Origin: Phoronis australis
Taxonomy: Eukaryota > Animalia > Phoronida
NCBI GenBank assembly: GCA_002633005.1
Contig: NMRA01000870.1
Coordinates: 1 to 64,000, forward strand
DNA length: 64,000 bases
Direction of reading: 5' to 3'
Shown: positions 36,901 through 48,690 of the stretch, in pieces
How positions within the stretch are numbered: the stretch's first letter is position 1
Layout: every line of letters starts with the position of its first letter
Translations under genes and position numbers: made by a program
Notes under the pieces: generated by a model
Database searches by the model: none
What the model was told of the DNA's origin: nothing
What the model saw: the letters and a program-made list of their open reading frames with translations, nothing else

Positions 36901-39900
36901 TGACGTGAACGAATGACGTACACAGTAGTGGAAAATTGACGGTGGCTGCAAGGGGGAAGCAAAACTTCCGCTATATACAATTTCGCACCAGGCTATTGCA
37001 GTAGCACGGAATTCTACCTCCAAATTAAAAGTTAGTTGGTGAGTATACACATTCAGGGCTACAAAAGGATGATATCTGGTTTAGATTTACGGATGGGAGA
37101 GACGATATTTGTATTGATTCGGCATTTAACTGTTCTTTTTATCGATACTCACAGAAATGTGAGGACACATAAGTTTCAAGGAATTGTTTTCACGATGCAA
37201 TTTGTTCTATCGAAAATCGAGTCTCTATTGCGGTTATTACAACTAACATTCAGAGTATCAAATTATTAGATTTAACCATATTTATATAAAAAACATGCAT
37301 ATAAACATTTTTTGTGAATCTGGTTTTTCTTATGCAAACATGGAATGATTTTAGTTGATCTACAGTTTAAGTCGTCAGTGTGCTCCCCAAAACGAACTGC
37401 AGAAGCCTACATGTATTTAAACTGTAAAGCACTCTGAAGGTACTGAGAGAAATGTAGGTGCAGCCAGCTGACAAGTCCCTCCCTTGTAGTGTCCATGCAC
37501 ATAGTAAAATGCTGAGGGTATCGATAATCACTCTTTCTATACAAACCAGAAGTTCCCAAAACAAAACAAGCATACTAACCTTCTCTGATAAGATCGAGCG
37601 TAAACCCATCAACAGTACCACCTTTGTTTCTGTAAACGAAAATGTACTTCGGTTACTCAACTCACCATAGAATGGCTGTTGCCGTGGGTAAATTAACTGA
37701 TTTTAAATCTGCAATCCGCCCTCTTTAGATGGATGAAAACGAAGACCGTATGGAATCTTTTACTCACATAAAATCGATCTCGTAGTGCGAATCGATCCGT
37801 CTTACATTGTTTAGTATGGTGGGCCGTTGAGGGGAAAGGGTCGCCGTAAAATTACGCTCGTAATTACGAGCGTAAATTAAATTGCAGGAGTGTCGCCGTA
37901 CAATTACGCTCGTAAATTAAATGGGGAAAAGTTTCGCCGTAAAATTACCCTGCTCGTAATTACGAGCGTAAATTAAATTGCAAAAGTGTTGCAGTAAAAT
38001 TACGCCCGTAAATTAAATGGGGGAAATGTCGCCGTAAATTACGCTCGTAAAATACCTTAAGAACGTTCCAAATTTAAACCAATCAGTGTTGACCAAACAT
38101 ACACGACTGTTGCTGGGCAGCTCGTTCTTGCACAATCGCTGACATTGCAGCAGCGATTTGATCTGCCATGATTCAGCGCTCGTATCGTAGACATGTAACC
38201 GGTCAGTAAATAGGTATTTCCATGAGCACGCGTGACCGTGGATTGTAAAACCCAACGTCATTGGCTAAGAGTTTAAACGAAATAACGAGCGTAATTTTAG
38301 GCCGTAAAGAACTAAATTACGCTCGTAATTTTACGGCGTAATTAACGGCGTAAGTAGCAGCGTAATGTACATAATTACGCTCGTATTTTTCCGGCGACAC
38401 TTTCCCCCCAACGGCCCATCATAGTTTAGGAAGTACTGCATTGTACTTTGCGTATGAATGGTTATCTGTGCTTGGGTCGCTTGGAGACCGAGCCAGCGCT
38501 ATACAATTCGTCTGTTTAGTCACTACTTCTTCCTCGCGAGATCAGTGCAGATGACACCCTTGAATTTCACTGATAATGACTCATACGGACACAATAAGAA
38601 TGGAACATTTTCTGCTTTGCGTGAATTATTGTATTAATTCGTCGTTTGCAATTTGCTTTACAGACCACTTGACTTTATGTACTTTGTCTTAAATTGTTCA
38701 TCGTCAAATTCGATGTGATTGGCTTCGAAAAAACTGACATCTCGTTATTGCTCGAGAATGGGCTCCTCGCAACAAGTCAATTTGTGACGGCTGAGAATGG
38801 TCTCAAGGAATATTGAACTGTCAGTTCTTTGCAAATGCGGAAATTACTTCTCATCAGTGTAAGGAACAATTTGAAACCAATGTTAGGCGGCAACGAAGAG
38901 GTCTAGATGAGACATTTGCTTTTTTGTCCGGAGGAAAGCGGATTTGCCTAAATACATGTATATAGGGTTTACATGCCAGTCTAAAAACTTCCTTCCCGTA
39001 AAAATGTTTGTGATTCATCATACTCACACATATTCATAAGCTCCCCATCCGTGGCCGTGAGCAATGGTGTAGATTCTTTTTTCTTTGCCGGAAACGGGAT
39101 CACTTCTGAAACAGGTCACATCACTACGCGCACGTGCGAATGACAAGATGCACGAAAGTAAAACTGAGGAAACAAGAACTGAAATGAGAAGTGATAGTTC
39201 TTTTTGGATGGCTTGCCTAGTTATTTTGGACTTGGAATTACGTTGACGACTGAGAATACAAATCATTGTGTAATTCGTTACTTCAACTGCGAAGATGCAA
39301 AACAAAAACTGAAAACATTTAATTCAAATATGAAAACGGAAACCTGCGCACTGATCAATTTTGAAGATGTCGAATCCGCCCGAAAATCAAATGGTGTCGG
39401 CGCAACTCTGAGTCAAGTTTCGTTGAAATTACAGAAGTGTTTCAATGAAACTATGACCATGTGGGCATTTAGGGCACACAGTAGTAGAATAAATTGAAAC
39501 ATTTGCGGTTAGGACGGAAAAAATAATTGCAGGCGGTCTAGCAGGCTTGTACATGTACATGTACTGTAGTCCTAGACGTGTGGAAGTCACTTAGTTGCAC
39601 CCATTGCGCTGATCATATGGAACCATTTTTATGCTTTACTAATATATAATTAAAACCGAGCTGAGAGGGTAGAGATCTGACTCGATGGTCCAGCAGTGTG
39701 TCCCATTGGGACTCCAAGCCGCGACCTTCAGTAAACGAAGCTCATACTTATCCCACTAGGCCCCAGTGCCTCCTCTGTGGGCATGGTTACCAAAAACGTA
39801 CTCGCAAAAGGTCTGAAACTTTTTCTTCTGGTGAATATGTTTCCTCGCAGAACTTATTAGAGAAAAAATAATGTTATTAGAGAATAAGTTAAGAAATCTG

Positions 39901-40496
39901 ATGCCAAGTCAAGTCTACGTAAGCAGCAGGCTTGTAGAGACATTGGTCCTAACTGGCTGCATACTCCAGTAATCTTCAGCGACAAAATGAAAACATTTGG
40001 AAACACTCAAAAATACGTCCAGAAATTTCCATCACTGAAAAAGTTTTAAAGAAAACCGGCGCGGCACCCAGAGGCGGCTTAAGGGTGTGATTTTTTATTT
40101 TGTGATATCTGTGTCCAACATGCGCCCACAGACATGCGGATTTATTGTATTGACCACTCCAGTGTTAGTTGAACGCCGTAATTAAAATGGGATTATGAAT
40201 ACAGAACTTATGAATCATTTAATTCTAATTCAACAACGGCATTCGTTGACGGGAATGTTTGGGCACTTTCACAATGCTTACACAAGTCAAGAAATGGGGA
40301 GCCAAATACTTCACCATCATCGAATCCAACACGGAGAGGGGGAGGAGGGGTTGGAGGAGGGAGGGAGAGAGAGGGGGCGGACTCGGAAGGGGGGTATGGA
40401 GAGGAGGGAGAACGGGGGAGAAAGAGGTAGAGGGGCGGTGGGAGGGAAAGTGTGGGGAACGGGTGGATCAAGTAAGAACAAATAATTACTCTTCAT
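27970..40496 (-). CDS. Secreted stand-alone solute-binding protein family 3 (SBP_bac_3/PBP2-fold) protein, 286 aa, 7 coding exons: complement(join(27970..27998,28188..28419,31438..31565,34895..35158,37580..37629,39028..39178,40490..40496))
   Basis: All introns are GT-AG and the phases chain (1,2,1,1,0,1) to 861 nt without stops. Protein: MKILVSSVLLSCILSFARA|RSDVTCF..KRIYTIAHGHGWGAYEYVNKGGTVDGFTLDLIREVCSAAGMDCRTVWEPY..GLMNMWYDGCAGWLVTTARLSIFSFSESYLK..KIGFGDGW..DLLDALVQGKVAAVYVG..FLVRWNEGFQKIVSSGAFKKLC..GVIDCI*. The 7-nt first exon is the least certain. Confidence 0.85.
28188..28419 (-). CDS. SBP3-like gene, exon 6
   Basis: AAATAG|GTTGCA...GCAG|GTGACC; VAAVYVGDDVFEQ...WNEGFQKIVSSGAFKKLCDEASATHNA. 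Confidence 0.85.
30477..30727 (+). mobile_element. MITE family A copy 2 (uninterrupted, 251 bp)
   Basis: TSD CTCTG at 30472-30476 and 30728-30732; CATGCGCGCA...TGCGCGCATG termini. Confidence 0.85.
31438..31565 (-). CDS. SBP3-like gene, exon 5
   Basis: TTCACAG|GTTTCGG...GGAAAA|GTAAGT; GFGDGWAYDEKCLYRQ...DLLDALVQGK. Confidence 0.85.
34895..35158 (-). CDS. SBP3-like gene, exon 4
   Basis: TTATAG|TTTGC...ATTG|GTAACG; VCSAAGMDCRTVWEPYQNC...FSFSESYLKPKQSSFYTKPG..KI. Confidence 0.85.
35381..35528 (+). mobile_element. MITE family B copy 2
   Basis: CATGGGCGGCGC...GCGCCGCCCATG; CCACA on both sides (one extra G on the right). Confidence 0.7.
37580..37629 (-). CDS. SBP3-like gene, exon 3
   Basis: TTTACAG|AAAC...GAAG|GTTAGT; NKGGTVDGFTLDLIRE (the SBP3 G..GF..DL motif). 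Confidence 0.8.
37815..38423. mobile_element. Non-autonomous TIR element with 6-bp TSD and TATGR termini (IS3EU-like), internal AATTACGCTCG repeats
   Basis: TSD GTTTAG at 37809-37814 and 38424-38429; TIRs TATGGTGGGCCGTTGAGGGGAAAG...CTTTCCCCCCAACGGCCCATCATA. Confidence 0.8.
39028..39178 (-). CDS. SBP3-like gene, exon 2 (signal peptide and N-terminus)
   Basis: CATTTCAG|TTCTT...TATGT|GTGAGT; LVSSVLLSCILSFARARSDVTCFRSDPVSGKEKRIYTIAHGHGWGAYEY. Confidence 0.85.
39689..39771 (-). repeat. Decayed tRNA-derived SINE head
   Basis: Minus strand GGGGCCTAGTGG (A-box-like) ... GGCTTGGAGTCC (B-box-like) followed by GACACACTGCTG. Confidence 0.4.
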
Positions 40497-41386
40497 GCCT
40501 TGGAATTGGCTAGAGAACATCCGTGTTAACGTATTAAGCAAACTATTGTGATTGCGAAAGGGGGCGCTACTGAAAAACTACGTAGTGTGCCCTGGGCCTG
40601 GTAAATACTTTTAAAAGCGGCTATTACATAAGGGCTCAGCTATTCAGAATCGAAACGGTGGAGATTAAACAATTGTTTCCTCAGCACAAGTCCTACGTCA
40701 GTGTAAGCTGTGTTTAGTTTTTCAGTACAACTGGGACTCAGTGTTAGGACTCGGAGCAGGGTTCACAAAGAACTGCTGCCACTGACCTTGAAAGCCGATA
40801 TTTCAAAAGGCCTATTGTGTGTGTGTGAATGATGTTCATGTTTTACACTGTACATGTACAAGCACCAAACTATGTGGGCTTATGTTACACCTCGCAAGCC
40901 CAAAATGAAATACATGGCGCATATTATATGCTAACTGTACTCTAATGTCCAACAGATTAGGTATGAAGGATTAGTTTTATGAGTCTACCATTATTGCTTA
41001 ACAGGTTATTCAAGAAATTACTATGTACATCATTGGTAACGGTGGTAGGCCTAGTCTATTGGCTTTGAGAGCCATTTTCAACGTCTTGCGTTGGTAACAA
41101 ACACGGGGTCGCGTTCGTAGCCTACTGAAGTGTTTGTTACCCGTCTTAGCTGCGATCGAGCCTTTTATCTCTCAAAAGACCAAACTGAAACGCTGAAAAA
41201 AATTGAACCTATACCTTTGGCCATTTCTTGCACCTGTCCCCGTTTAAGCGGATGTTTCAAACTCCGGTGTGCAGTGACCTCTCAAGTTCAATGAGCCAAG
41301 GGTATGGTTCAGCAGTTTTGCCCCAAGCCCTGACACCGACGTTAACAATAGCTTTTCGATTCGTGTACGATTAACCTATTCTGGGG

Positions 41387-42544
41387 AATAGTCCTTTTGC
41401 GAGTTTATAATAATAACGCCAGATTATGTGAGACTTAACTGTGACGTCACGGGAAGTGGGGCAAAAGCTTGTCCTTCGGCCATTTGCCCAAACGGTAACA
41501 GAATGTATTCTGTTATTTTCTTCGAGTTTTTAGCCGTTTAGTTCGAAAAATGCCAAACAAGCATTGCTGTTATGGCAAATGAAATTCAGATTCGCACTAC
41601 AATACGTTATATCGCGTTCTGTACTAATTTCGTCCCGTGTATTTTATACGGGCGGTAGGCGAAATCCGCTCACTGATTAAGTTTTCACCTCGTCAAAAAT
41701 ACATTCTACACTTAAAATTATCACCTAGAAAGGCGCTTACTTTCTTCAGTGATCCTTTCTGCTTCCAAACATATCTTCGATGAAGCATAGCTACCGGAAT
41801 TCAGGTGACTTTGGCGAAGAATTCTAACTCCACTTTGTTGTTACTGTTAACTTTGACCGCGCGCGCGATAACCACAAAGTATTTCAACTGAGTCAGGGGA
41901 GTTTGAGGCGAAGGCTAGCGCGAGACTGAGCGAAGCTCGAGACCTGGCGCGTGACAGTTGCAAAATAGCATGAGCAAATATTAAATGAAATTTGTAAGAT
42001 TTGTGTCCCTTGGACTTTTTGTTCGTCAACAGGCGTGATTTCGCGTAACTTCCTCAAAATGGAGCCCAGTCAGAGAAGCACGAGCGAACCCCGAGTTTCA
42101 TGGATATGTTCAAGTTATCTGCAGACTAAATTGTGTCCATAGTCAGGGTATGCGTTAATTATAGCTCCATGTGCATATATGTATGTTTCATTGCATTTTA
42201 TTTGCTGTATTTTGAAGTGAGTAACTTTTTATGGGGATACACTATCGCCCCTGTATTCCTGTGGCATTCAGGCCTTGACCGGGTTGAGTTCCAATTTCAG
42301 TCCGTTCACAGCTTCGCACAACATATGAAGTTCACATTTTCTCCGTCCATTCACACTTATTCCACGATCCATCTACCATCTCTAAGTTGTGTTAAGGTTT
42401 TAAGCGTAAAATTCACCATAAGAACTCTAGTAAGATTTAGCGTGTGTAGCAAAGACTCAGGGCAAAACAAGAGCAATATGGCGGGTTTTGCCCCTTTTCC
42501 GGTGACGTCACACGGACTAACGAGAAACTCGCAAGTGAGCTATT
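41387..42544. mobile_element. Non-autonomous TIR element (AATAG...CTATT ends; ISL2EU/Harbinger-like)
   Basis: Imperfect TIRs AATAGTCCTTTTGCGAGTTT / AAACTCGCAAGTGAGCTATT, plus subterminal TGTGACGTCACGGGAAGTGGGGCAAAA / TTTTGCCCCTTTTCCGGTGACGTCACA. Confidence 0.55.
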
Positions 42545-44225
42545 GCGCAAGGGTCCCCACCAAGAGAAAACCCTTATGTGACGTACATGTATGAGTCATT
42601 TCCTCTAGCCCATTCTCGTCGATCTCCTCTATTTTTCATTTTCTCCCGTCCCTCCCCTTTATAGTCCTAAACAGGTTGGTAAAGGTAAGACTTTCGCGCC
42701 ACTTGTCTCACACCTGACCACGAGCCGCATCCATTAAAGTAGAACTTGCAGGTTAATTCCTTATCTCAGTGATTGTTTGGCCAAATAAGTTAGAAACGCA
42801 ACATATAGCGACGATGTGAATGTGAAGAAGGTTGAACATTGTCAAATATTAACGAGTTTTATGGTGAAAATGATTCGCCGCCAATTAATCACTGAACCAC
42901 GTGCAGTAACAATCGTGAAGTTGCCCGGGTGCTGGGGAAAAACAATACATGGTGCGGGCTATGTGAGCCCGCAAGGAAAGTCATTAGTGCAAAAGTCACT
43001 TTTTTGCAGATTCTTTGTTCTCCCATTTTCAAGTTGTCAATGAAAACAAAGTGCACTTTGTTATGTTAAAATTGCATTGTTGTTTAGTTCCTTCTATACA
43101 TTAGCATAGTTATAGGAGCATGCGAATACATCGATAAGAACCAGAGATTTGTTTTCGATATCAATGCTGTACAAGCCCAAATTAGCAAATATTGAATTGT
43201 GGAAATTTGAGTCAACATTGTTAGCCCAATTTGACAGCTATGTTGTCAAAATTGTAAAAACAATGCTTGCGTGCCAGTTTGCGGGAGGGGCAATGCTGAC
43301 AAAGTTGGTCACAATTGAGACGTTGTGTCAATTAGGTCGTTGTGTCAGTTTGTACCAGCACATTCCCTGACAATAAGATACCTAGTCTATTACCTCCAGA
43401 ATCATCGGTATCTGCATATGTTTGTTGATGAAAACAATGTCTACTGGTGCAATGCTTTCCTGCTGAGTTGCCATGTTAGTTGCAAAAAATGTGAGACAAA
43501 TCCTACGCTAACATTTGGGATTTTGTTTCCCCAACGGCTGGACAAGCCTTAGCCAGACAATCCGTCCTAAAAAATCAAGAATTAATGCCCTGGGCCTGGC
43601 TTACCCGCGATGCTGAAGAAATCATATTCGCTAATTTCTCTCATTCAAAGACTGTTACTATGCTTCTCATTTTTTTTTTGGTCGTTTGCCTTACTAATTG
43701 TTCGTTTTTCAACTCTAAAACTCGTAAGCTAAAATAGGCGTGTTGGTTGGGTACCACCAAAAATATCTTACCCAGCACGTTCAGCCAATTCTAATGAAGT
43801 ATCTTACAGTGATGCACGAAACAAGATTGTGTTGGGAGACGATTATGCCCTGCAAACCCGGTCACTCTAACACTGGCGTAGCCATACAGCCGGGGCCAAA
43901 GCAAAAATGTTAATGATCGTCACGGGATGGGTTGCTTACGAGGAGACTTAATATATAGAACAGGAGGGGAGCACGCGAAACTGAAACGAAGATACATGTA
44001 TGCCGGGGAGGACTTTTGCCAATGAACGGGGTCAATCCTAATCTAAATTGTCACAATTCAGAAGTTGTAGGTTGGACCGTTTCGCCAATTTGGTTAATTT
44101 GGATCTGCTAGCAGCGGAGCAGAAACACTGGAGCACTTGTCGAGAAAGATGTCCTCTCCTACATTGCATGTCTACATATATTCCGCTGACAACTGTTAGT
44201 CCAATATCAATTATGGATGTCCTGG

Positions 44226-44510
44226 CAGACCTGGCCCCAGGGTTTAATCTGTATACTCGAAGTAGAAACCGAAATTATTTTTTGTCATTTTATAATCTAC
44301 TTTTGAGCTCAAGATAAATGTCTAGTATCATGTGTATAATGGCTGGTGTGAATAACTGCCTAATCCCACTATGCACTTGATGACTCAGGCATTAAGGGTA
44401 AAAATGCTTGAGCGCAAAATAATAGAAACTTATCTTGAGTTCGCACAAAGGTACAATAGAAACTGCCAAAAATAGTTTCGATTTCACGTGCAAGGATTCG
44501 ACCCCTGGAG
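44226..44510. mobile_element. Palindromic MITE (related partial copies at ~30940-31035 and ~50140-50400)
   Basis: Internal inverted CTCAAGATAA/TTATCTTGAG and TCGAA/TTCGA motifs; CCAGGG..CCCTGG ends; shared GCACTTGATGACTC with ~50139. Confidence 0.45.
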
Positions 44511-46298
44511 CAGTTTTCAACTGCTTCTTGAGAGCTGTTTTGTGTTTTTCGGTCAAGAGTGAAACACTAGAACCGCTCGGTGGCTATTTAGCCTCAGCCG
44601 GCCGCTGGTCACAAGAATTATGCCACCATGAACACATTTAATAATGAAATGTTGTTTCTTAGCAGCGCCAACACGTGAGGCACGTGACGAGACGTCGTGG
44701 CACCAGGAATTTATGGTGTGGACGCTACTGCGCACGCTAGCGAGTTAATATTGTGTTATAAGGTCTTGAACGTTAACACTCACTAGGGAATGACGCTCTT
44801 GACAATTGACGTCTTCTCAACTACGACAGAATAGCACTAATTCCAATATGTATAATAGGGTCTAATCGGTAGAGCAGACGCGCATACATCGGTGTAAGTT
44901 TAAAAATCTAGGTTTGTCCAAAGCCAGTGACACTGAGGAAAAACACGATCACTTCTCGACGAGTCAAATCAGCAACAAACCCACGTTTTGTCGAAGAAAC
45001 TAATTACTGATTTAGATAACTTACCGCTACAAGACTGGTCTCTGAACGTGTTTCTTACTTAGACGTGAAGAAACTTTTGGCCTTATAAAGAACTACTACT
45101 ATTCAGTGGCGGATCTAGGATATCACAAGGGGGGGCCAACATTTTGTCCGGCTGTAAGCATTTGCGCGAACCACGATTGTAGATGCGTATAGCACCGAAT
45201 GGGGGGAAAAATTTCCTGGGAGGGAGGGGGGCAAACCCCCCTCCCTCCCAGGAAACTTTTCTGTTTTTACCTCTAAAAATCAAGAATTTTCCTTGATTCC
45301 TGAAGTACTATCCAAGAAAAAAAGAAAGAAAAAACACGGAGAACATGTCAAACAGGAAAAACCGCACTTACCAAAGACTCGAACTCACGACCTGGCGCAC
45401 AGAGCGCGAGTGCGTTACCACTACACCACTACAATTTAACTACTGATCTTTTATTTAGAGACCTACATGTACTTGTTTATGGTCCACAGCGTTTGCGCGC
45501 GAAACCTACTTCTTTTTGTAATGCTTATTACACGTTTTATATTTTGTGCCATCAATTCTTAACAAATTTGTCGTATTTAAAATAGTCTTCAAATGCCCAA
45601 AAGACCAAATCCGTTTTTCGTGTTGGCAATAATGACGCGATTGCTTTGAAAATCGTCTTAAGTTAAGGTTTGGCAAAGAGAGAATTATGAGTTTCTGAGT
45701 GTTTCACTAAGGCTTCGATTAAAATTCACATCTTACTAGCAGCTTCTGTTTTTTCATCGTCACTCAGGTTCCATTTTCTTTAAAAAATGAAGTAAATTTT
45801 ATTCATTGCACAGTAGAGCAGACGACGGAAACGGAATCGCAGTGCGCAGCGCCACTGCCGGTCGCCTGGGATACTTAGCCATAGTTCCGTTACGAAGGCG
45901 CCGTGTTCCGAATTTGACACTTGAAATTGGATTTGACCTCGGAATTTTTTTAGGAATATGAAAACTCCCTTTCAACTTCGCAAAACTTTGTGGCGCTCTC
46001 TCATCTGCATCTGTAAAAACAGCTGAAACTTAAAGGCGAATTCAAACTTTTTTCATGTCATTTTGAGCTAAAATAAGGTCTGTTGGTTATCCTAGACATA
46101 TTTTCCACTTAATTGCAGCTTTTCGTAATTTTGGTAATTACTCGTCCGCTACTCCGGAAGTGATGTTTTAGGAGGCAAGCATTTCGCGCCAATTTCTTTT
46201 CATATAGTCTGACTGTGAGAGCTGCTGAGTCAGTCATTGTTCTACCTCGGTTGTGTTAAGTTACGTCGTCGCTTGCTTTCATTTACTAGTCAGTCAAC

Positions 46299-47165
46299 AT
46301 GCCACACTGTTGCTGCGTCCCGGGATGTACTACTTATCGTCTAACGCGCGCTTTGGGAGTACCTTAGCATCGCTTTCCGATGGATGACACTTTTCGCCGT
46401 ACTTGGCTCGTTCGTTTGAAGAACGCAGCGTTACCCGTCCACGCAACGTACAAAGCAGTCGAGAATTACCGTGTGTGTGGCAAGCACTTTCTGCCGTCCC
46501 ATTACGAAAGGGATTTGTACGCTGAACTGATGAAGGTCCCTGCGAAACAACGCCTGAAGAAGGATGCCATTCCGTTTGTGTTGATTCCCGGCAGTGCCCC
46601 GTCGCCACCCCCGAGAAGTGCGTTTTTGAAGAGAGAAGCCTCGCGAGCTGTGGCCAGTACAGTGACTGGAGCCAGTGGAGGCACTTCATCCACTGTCACC
46701 CGTGGGTACGAACGTACCCCAGAGCGTGCCATTCCTGGAACCAGTAGTGATTCGCCCTGTGCTGTTTTCTCCAACCCAGAGCCTCTAAGCAGCCCTGCAG
46801 AGATATTGAGTAGTGGGAGTGATTATAGGCCCAGTTCGACACCCACTGAAGAGGACAGTTCGTCGTCCAGTGAACAGATCGGTGTGCCAAACTTTGATAA
46901 GTTTATTGTGGACTTGTCTAAAGTGTTGGAGCTATTTAGAAGGTGCCAGGTGCGTGGCGAGGGGGTCACACGACACGATGTAAGGTGTTTGGGTGCTCAG
47001 GTCACCATCCAGTGGGAGTGTGTCGCGGGACACTCAGGCAAGTGGGACAGTTGTTTCTCTGTCCGTGGTATGCCGGAGGTCCACTTAACCGTGTCCAGTA
47101 GTGGCTTGGCCTCGTCGAACTCTGAACAGCACAAGCATTCCATTGAGGTAGGCATAACAACATAA
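46299..47165 (+). pseudogene. THAP-domain Kolobok transposase, N-terminal part (in-frame TAG at 46365; catalytic domain deleted)
   Basis: MPHCCCVPGC...*HRFPMDDTFRRTW...YRVCGKHF...RLKKDAIP (complete C2CH THAP), Ser-rich linker, then KFIVDLSKVLELFRRC...WECVAGHSGKWDS..RGMP; homology stops at ~47080. Confidence 0.8.
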
Positions 47166-47389
47166 CAACGCACACAGTGCATTTGCACCAAGATGTGTCA
47201 CCACGTCTGTCCTCAGTAGCCGCCTCGTTTCTCTCAACAGCTGCTGTGCGTACTCTGCCTCGTTATACTCGGGCTCAAACATCTACCCACTGAATGTCCG
47301 TGAAAAAATTCCTCGTCACCACTGCTGTGAACAAGGTCTCCGTCACTCGCACTACTGTCACTGTGATACGGGTCACCGACTCCAGCCAT
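47085..47389 (-). pseudogene. Second Kolobok gene (KolX-like, Cys-rich; resembles the start of the P2X7 ballast/nanor-type domain), truncated and frameshifted
   Basis: Across frames: MAGVGDPYHSDSSASD..EEFF / MFEPEYNEAE...RRLLRTDV / WCKC..CVVMPTSMECLCCSE, i.e. acidic N-terminus, (PY)xFEP and WC.C..C..M....EC.CC.E motifs. Confidence 0.65.
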
Positions 47390-48014
47390 TTTCAGCTTAC
47401 AACACACTAAACAATCCCTAAACACAACGTAGTTGAGTTCTCTACTAACCTATCTTGCCGCAGAATACTCGCCGGTGGAGAGTGGTGGCGACAATTGTTG
47501 AAAAACAGCACAAAACAAAAGTAGAATAGAACAGATTCGCACGGTAAACTCAACGCAAAACCAAGTGGCGGGAAACGCTTGCCTCCTAAAACGTCACTTC
47601 CGGAGTAGAGGACGAGTAATTAATAAAATTACGAAAAGCTGTAATTAAGTGAAAAATATGTCTAGGATAACCAACCAACCTTGTTTTAGCTCAAAATGAC
47701 ATGAAAAAAGGTTGCCTTCGCCTTTAAACCATCACGTTTATAAAAGCTTGCTGGTATTTTTACGTATGGTGTAAGACCGTGCTGCCACCTATGTAAGCCT
47801 GCCTATGAAATACTGAAATATGTGCTGTGTTGCAAACTCAGTAATGCTCCTTTCTGTTACTCTGAGGCAAGAAGTTTTTAGTTTTTCAAGACTACGTGAA
47901 TGAACATTACAGCAAAGATAAAGTCGAAGTCCAAGATCTTTGATTAGTGAAGTTGCTCTTACTTGAGTTGACCCAAGTATAAAAATATACTTACATGTAT
48001 GTATACCTACCTCT

Positions 48015-48690
48015 CAGCCCCGTCCTCAAGCCTCAAGATGGCGCTGATCGGTTTAGCCGTTTGAGACTTGGTGAGGAAAAAGTTAGTTGTCAATATTCTG
48101 AAATATTTTTACGGAAATCGCCCGAATATCACGAGTGATATTTTAATGTCAGAGGTGATACAACTTAAAAGTTGTATCTTCTCTGAAATTTGCTGTAGTA
48201 CAATACAAAGTAATCAAAAATGAGGGGTATTTACATGTATGCAGCAGCAGTTTAGATTTAGATCATTGGGAAATTGATGTATTTGAATTGAAAAGCAGGA
48301 TAATTTCTATGGTATTTTCAATAAAACAGATTATTGACAATAAGTACGCGAGCACCTTTTATTTCATACAATAACGAGAACAGTATCGTCTGCTTCTGAA
48401 TCACGAATTGTAGCAACAACAACGCTTGTGAAAATACTTAAAATGTGCGTTGAGATGTTGTTTAGTTTCTGCAAAAAAAATCAAATTTATCACATCAAAG
48501 AAGTAAGAATCTTCAAGAACTTGTATTTATGTATTCAGAGGCTCAAGTGCGTGAAGGTTTGTTGTGCCGTTATTGTCAGCGGTGAAGGTCGTCTACAGCC
48601 AATCAGCACGCAGAAGGGACATCTCACCCAAGTCTCAAATGGCTAAAACGTTCAGGGCTATTTCTCAGTTGAGGCTTGGAGAAGAGACTG
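48015..48690. mobile_element. Non-autonomous TIR element with 10-bp TSD (AcademH- or MULE-like)
   Basis: TSD ACCTACCTCT at 48005-48014 and 48691-48700; imperfect ~60-bp TIRs (CAG..CAAGCCTCAA..TTTAGCCGTTTGAGACTTGG / CCAAGTCTCAAATGGCTAAA..TTGAGGCTTG..CTG). Confidence 0.8.

Larger units (their letters stand above)
46034..47723 (+). mobile_element. Internally deleted Kolobok transposon (family K2) with ~160-bp TIRs
   Basis: TTAA at 46030-46033 and 47724-47727; TIRs 46034-46191 and 47565-47723 (AGGCGAA...TTCGCCT); contains the 5' parts of two convergent genes. Confidence 0.9.

Noticed and set aside
39179-39305. Alternative start of the SBP3-like gene at ATG 39266 in the extended ORF
   Set aside because: A good acceptor at 39179-39180 plus ATGAAGA|GT at 40490-40496 gives a canonical signal peptide; the unspliced alternative is less plausible but not excluded.
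40195-40541. Overlapping Gly/Arg/Pro-rich ORFs
   Set aside because: Translation of a GA-rich low-complexity tract in intron 1 of the SBP3-like gene.
42133-42594. 153-aa hydrophobic ORF
   Set aside because: Lies inside the TIR element 41387-42544, starts at GTG and has no domain signature.
45373-45432. Functional tRNA genes (also 3953-4023 and 58200-58263)
   Set aside because: A/B boxes are present but acceptor and anticodon stems do not form; treated as repeat-derived.
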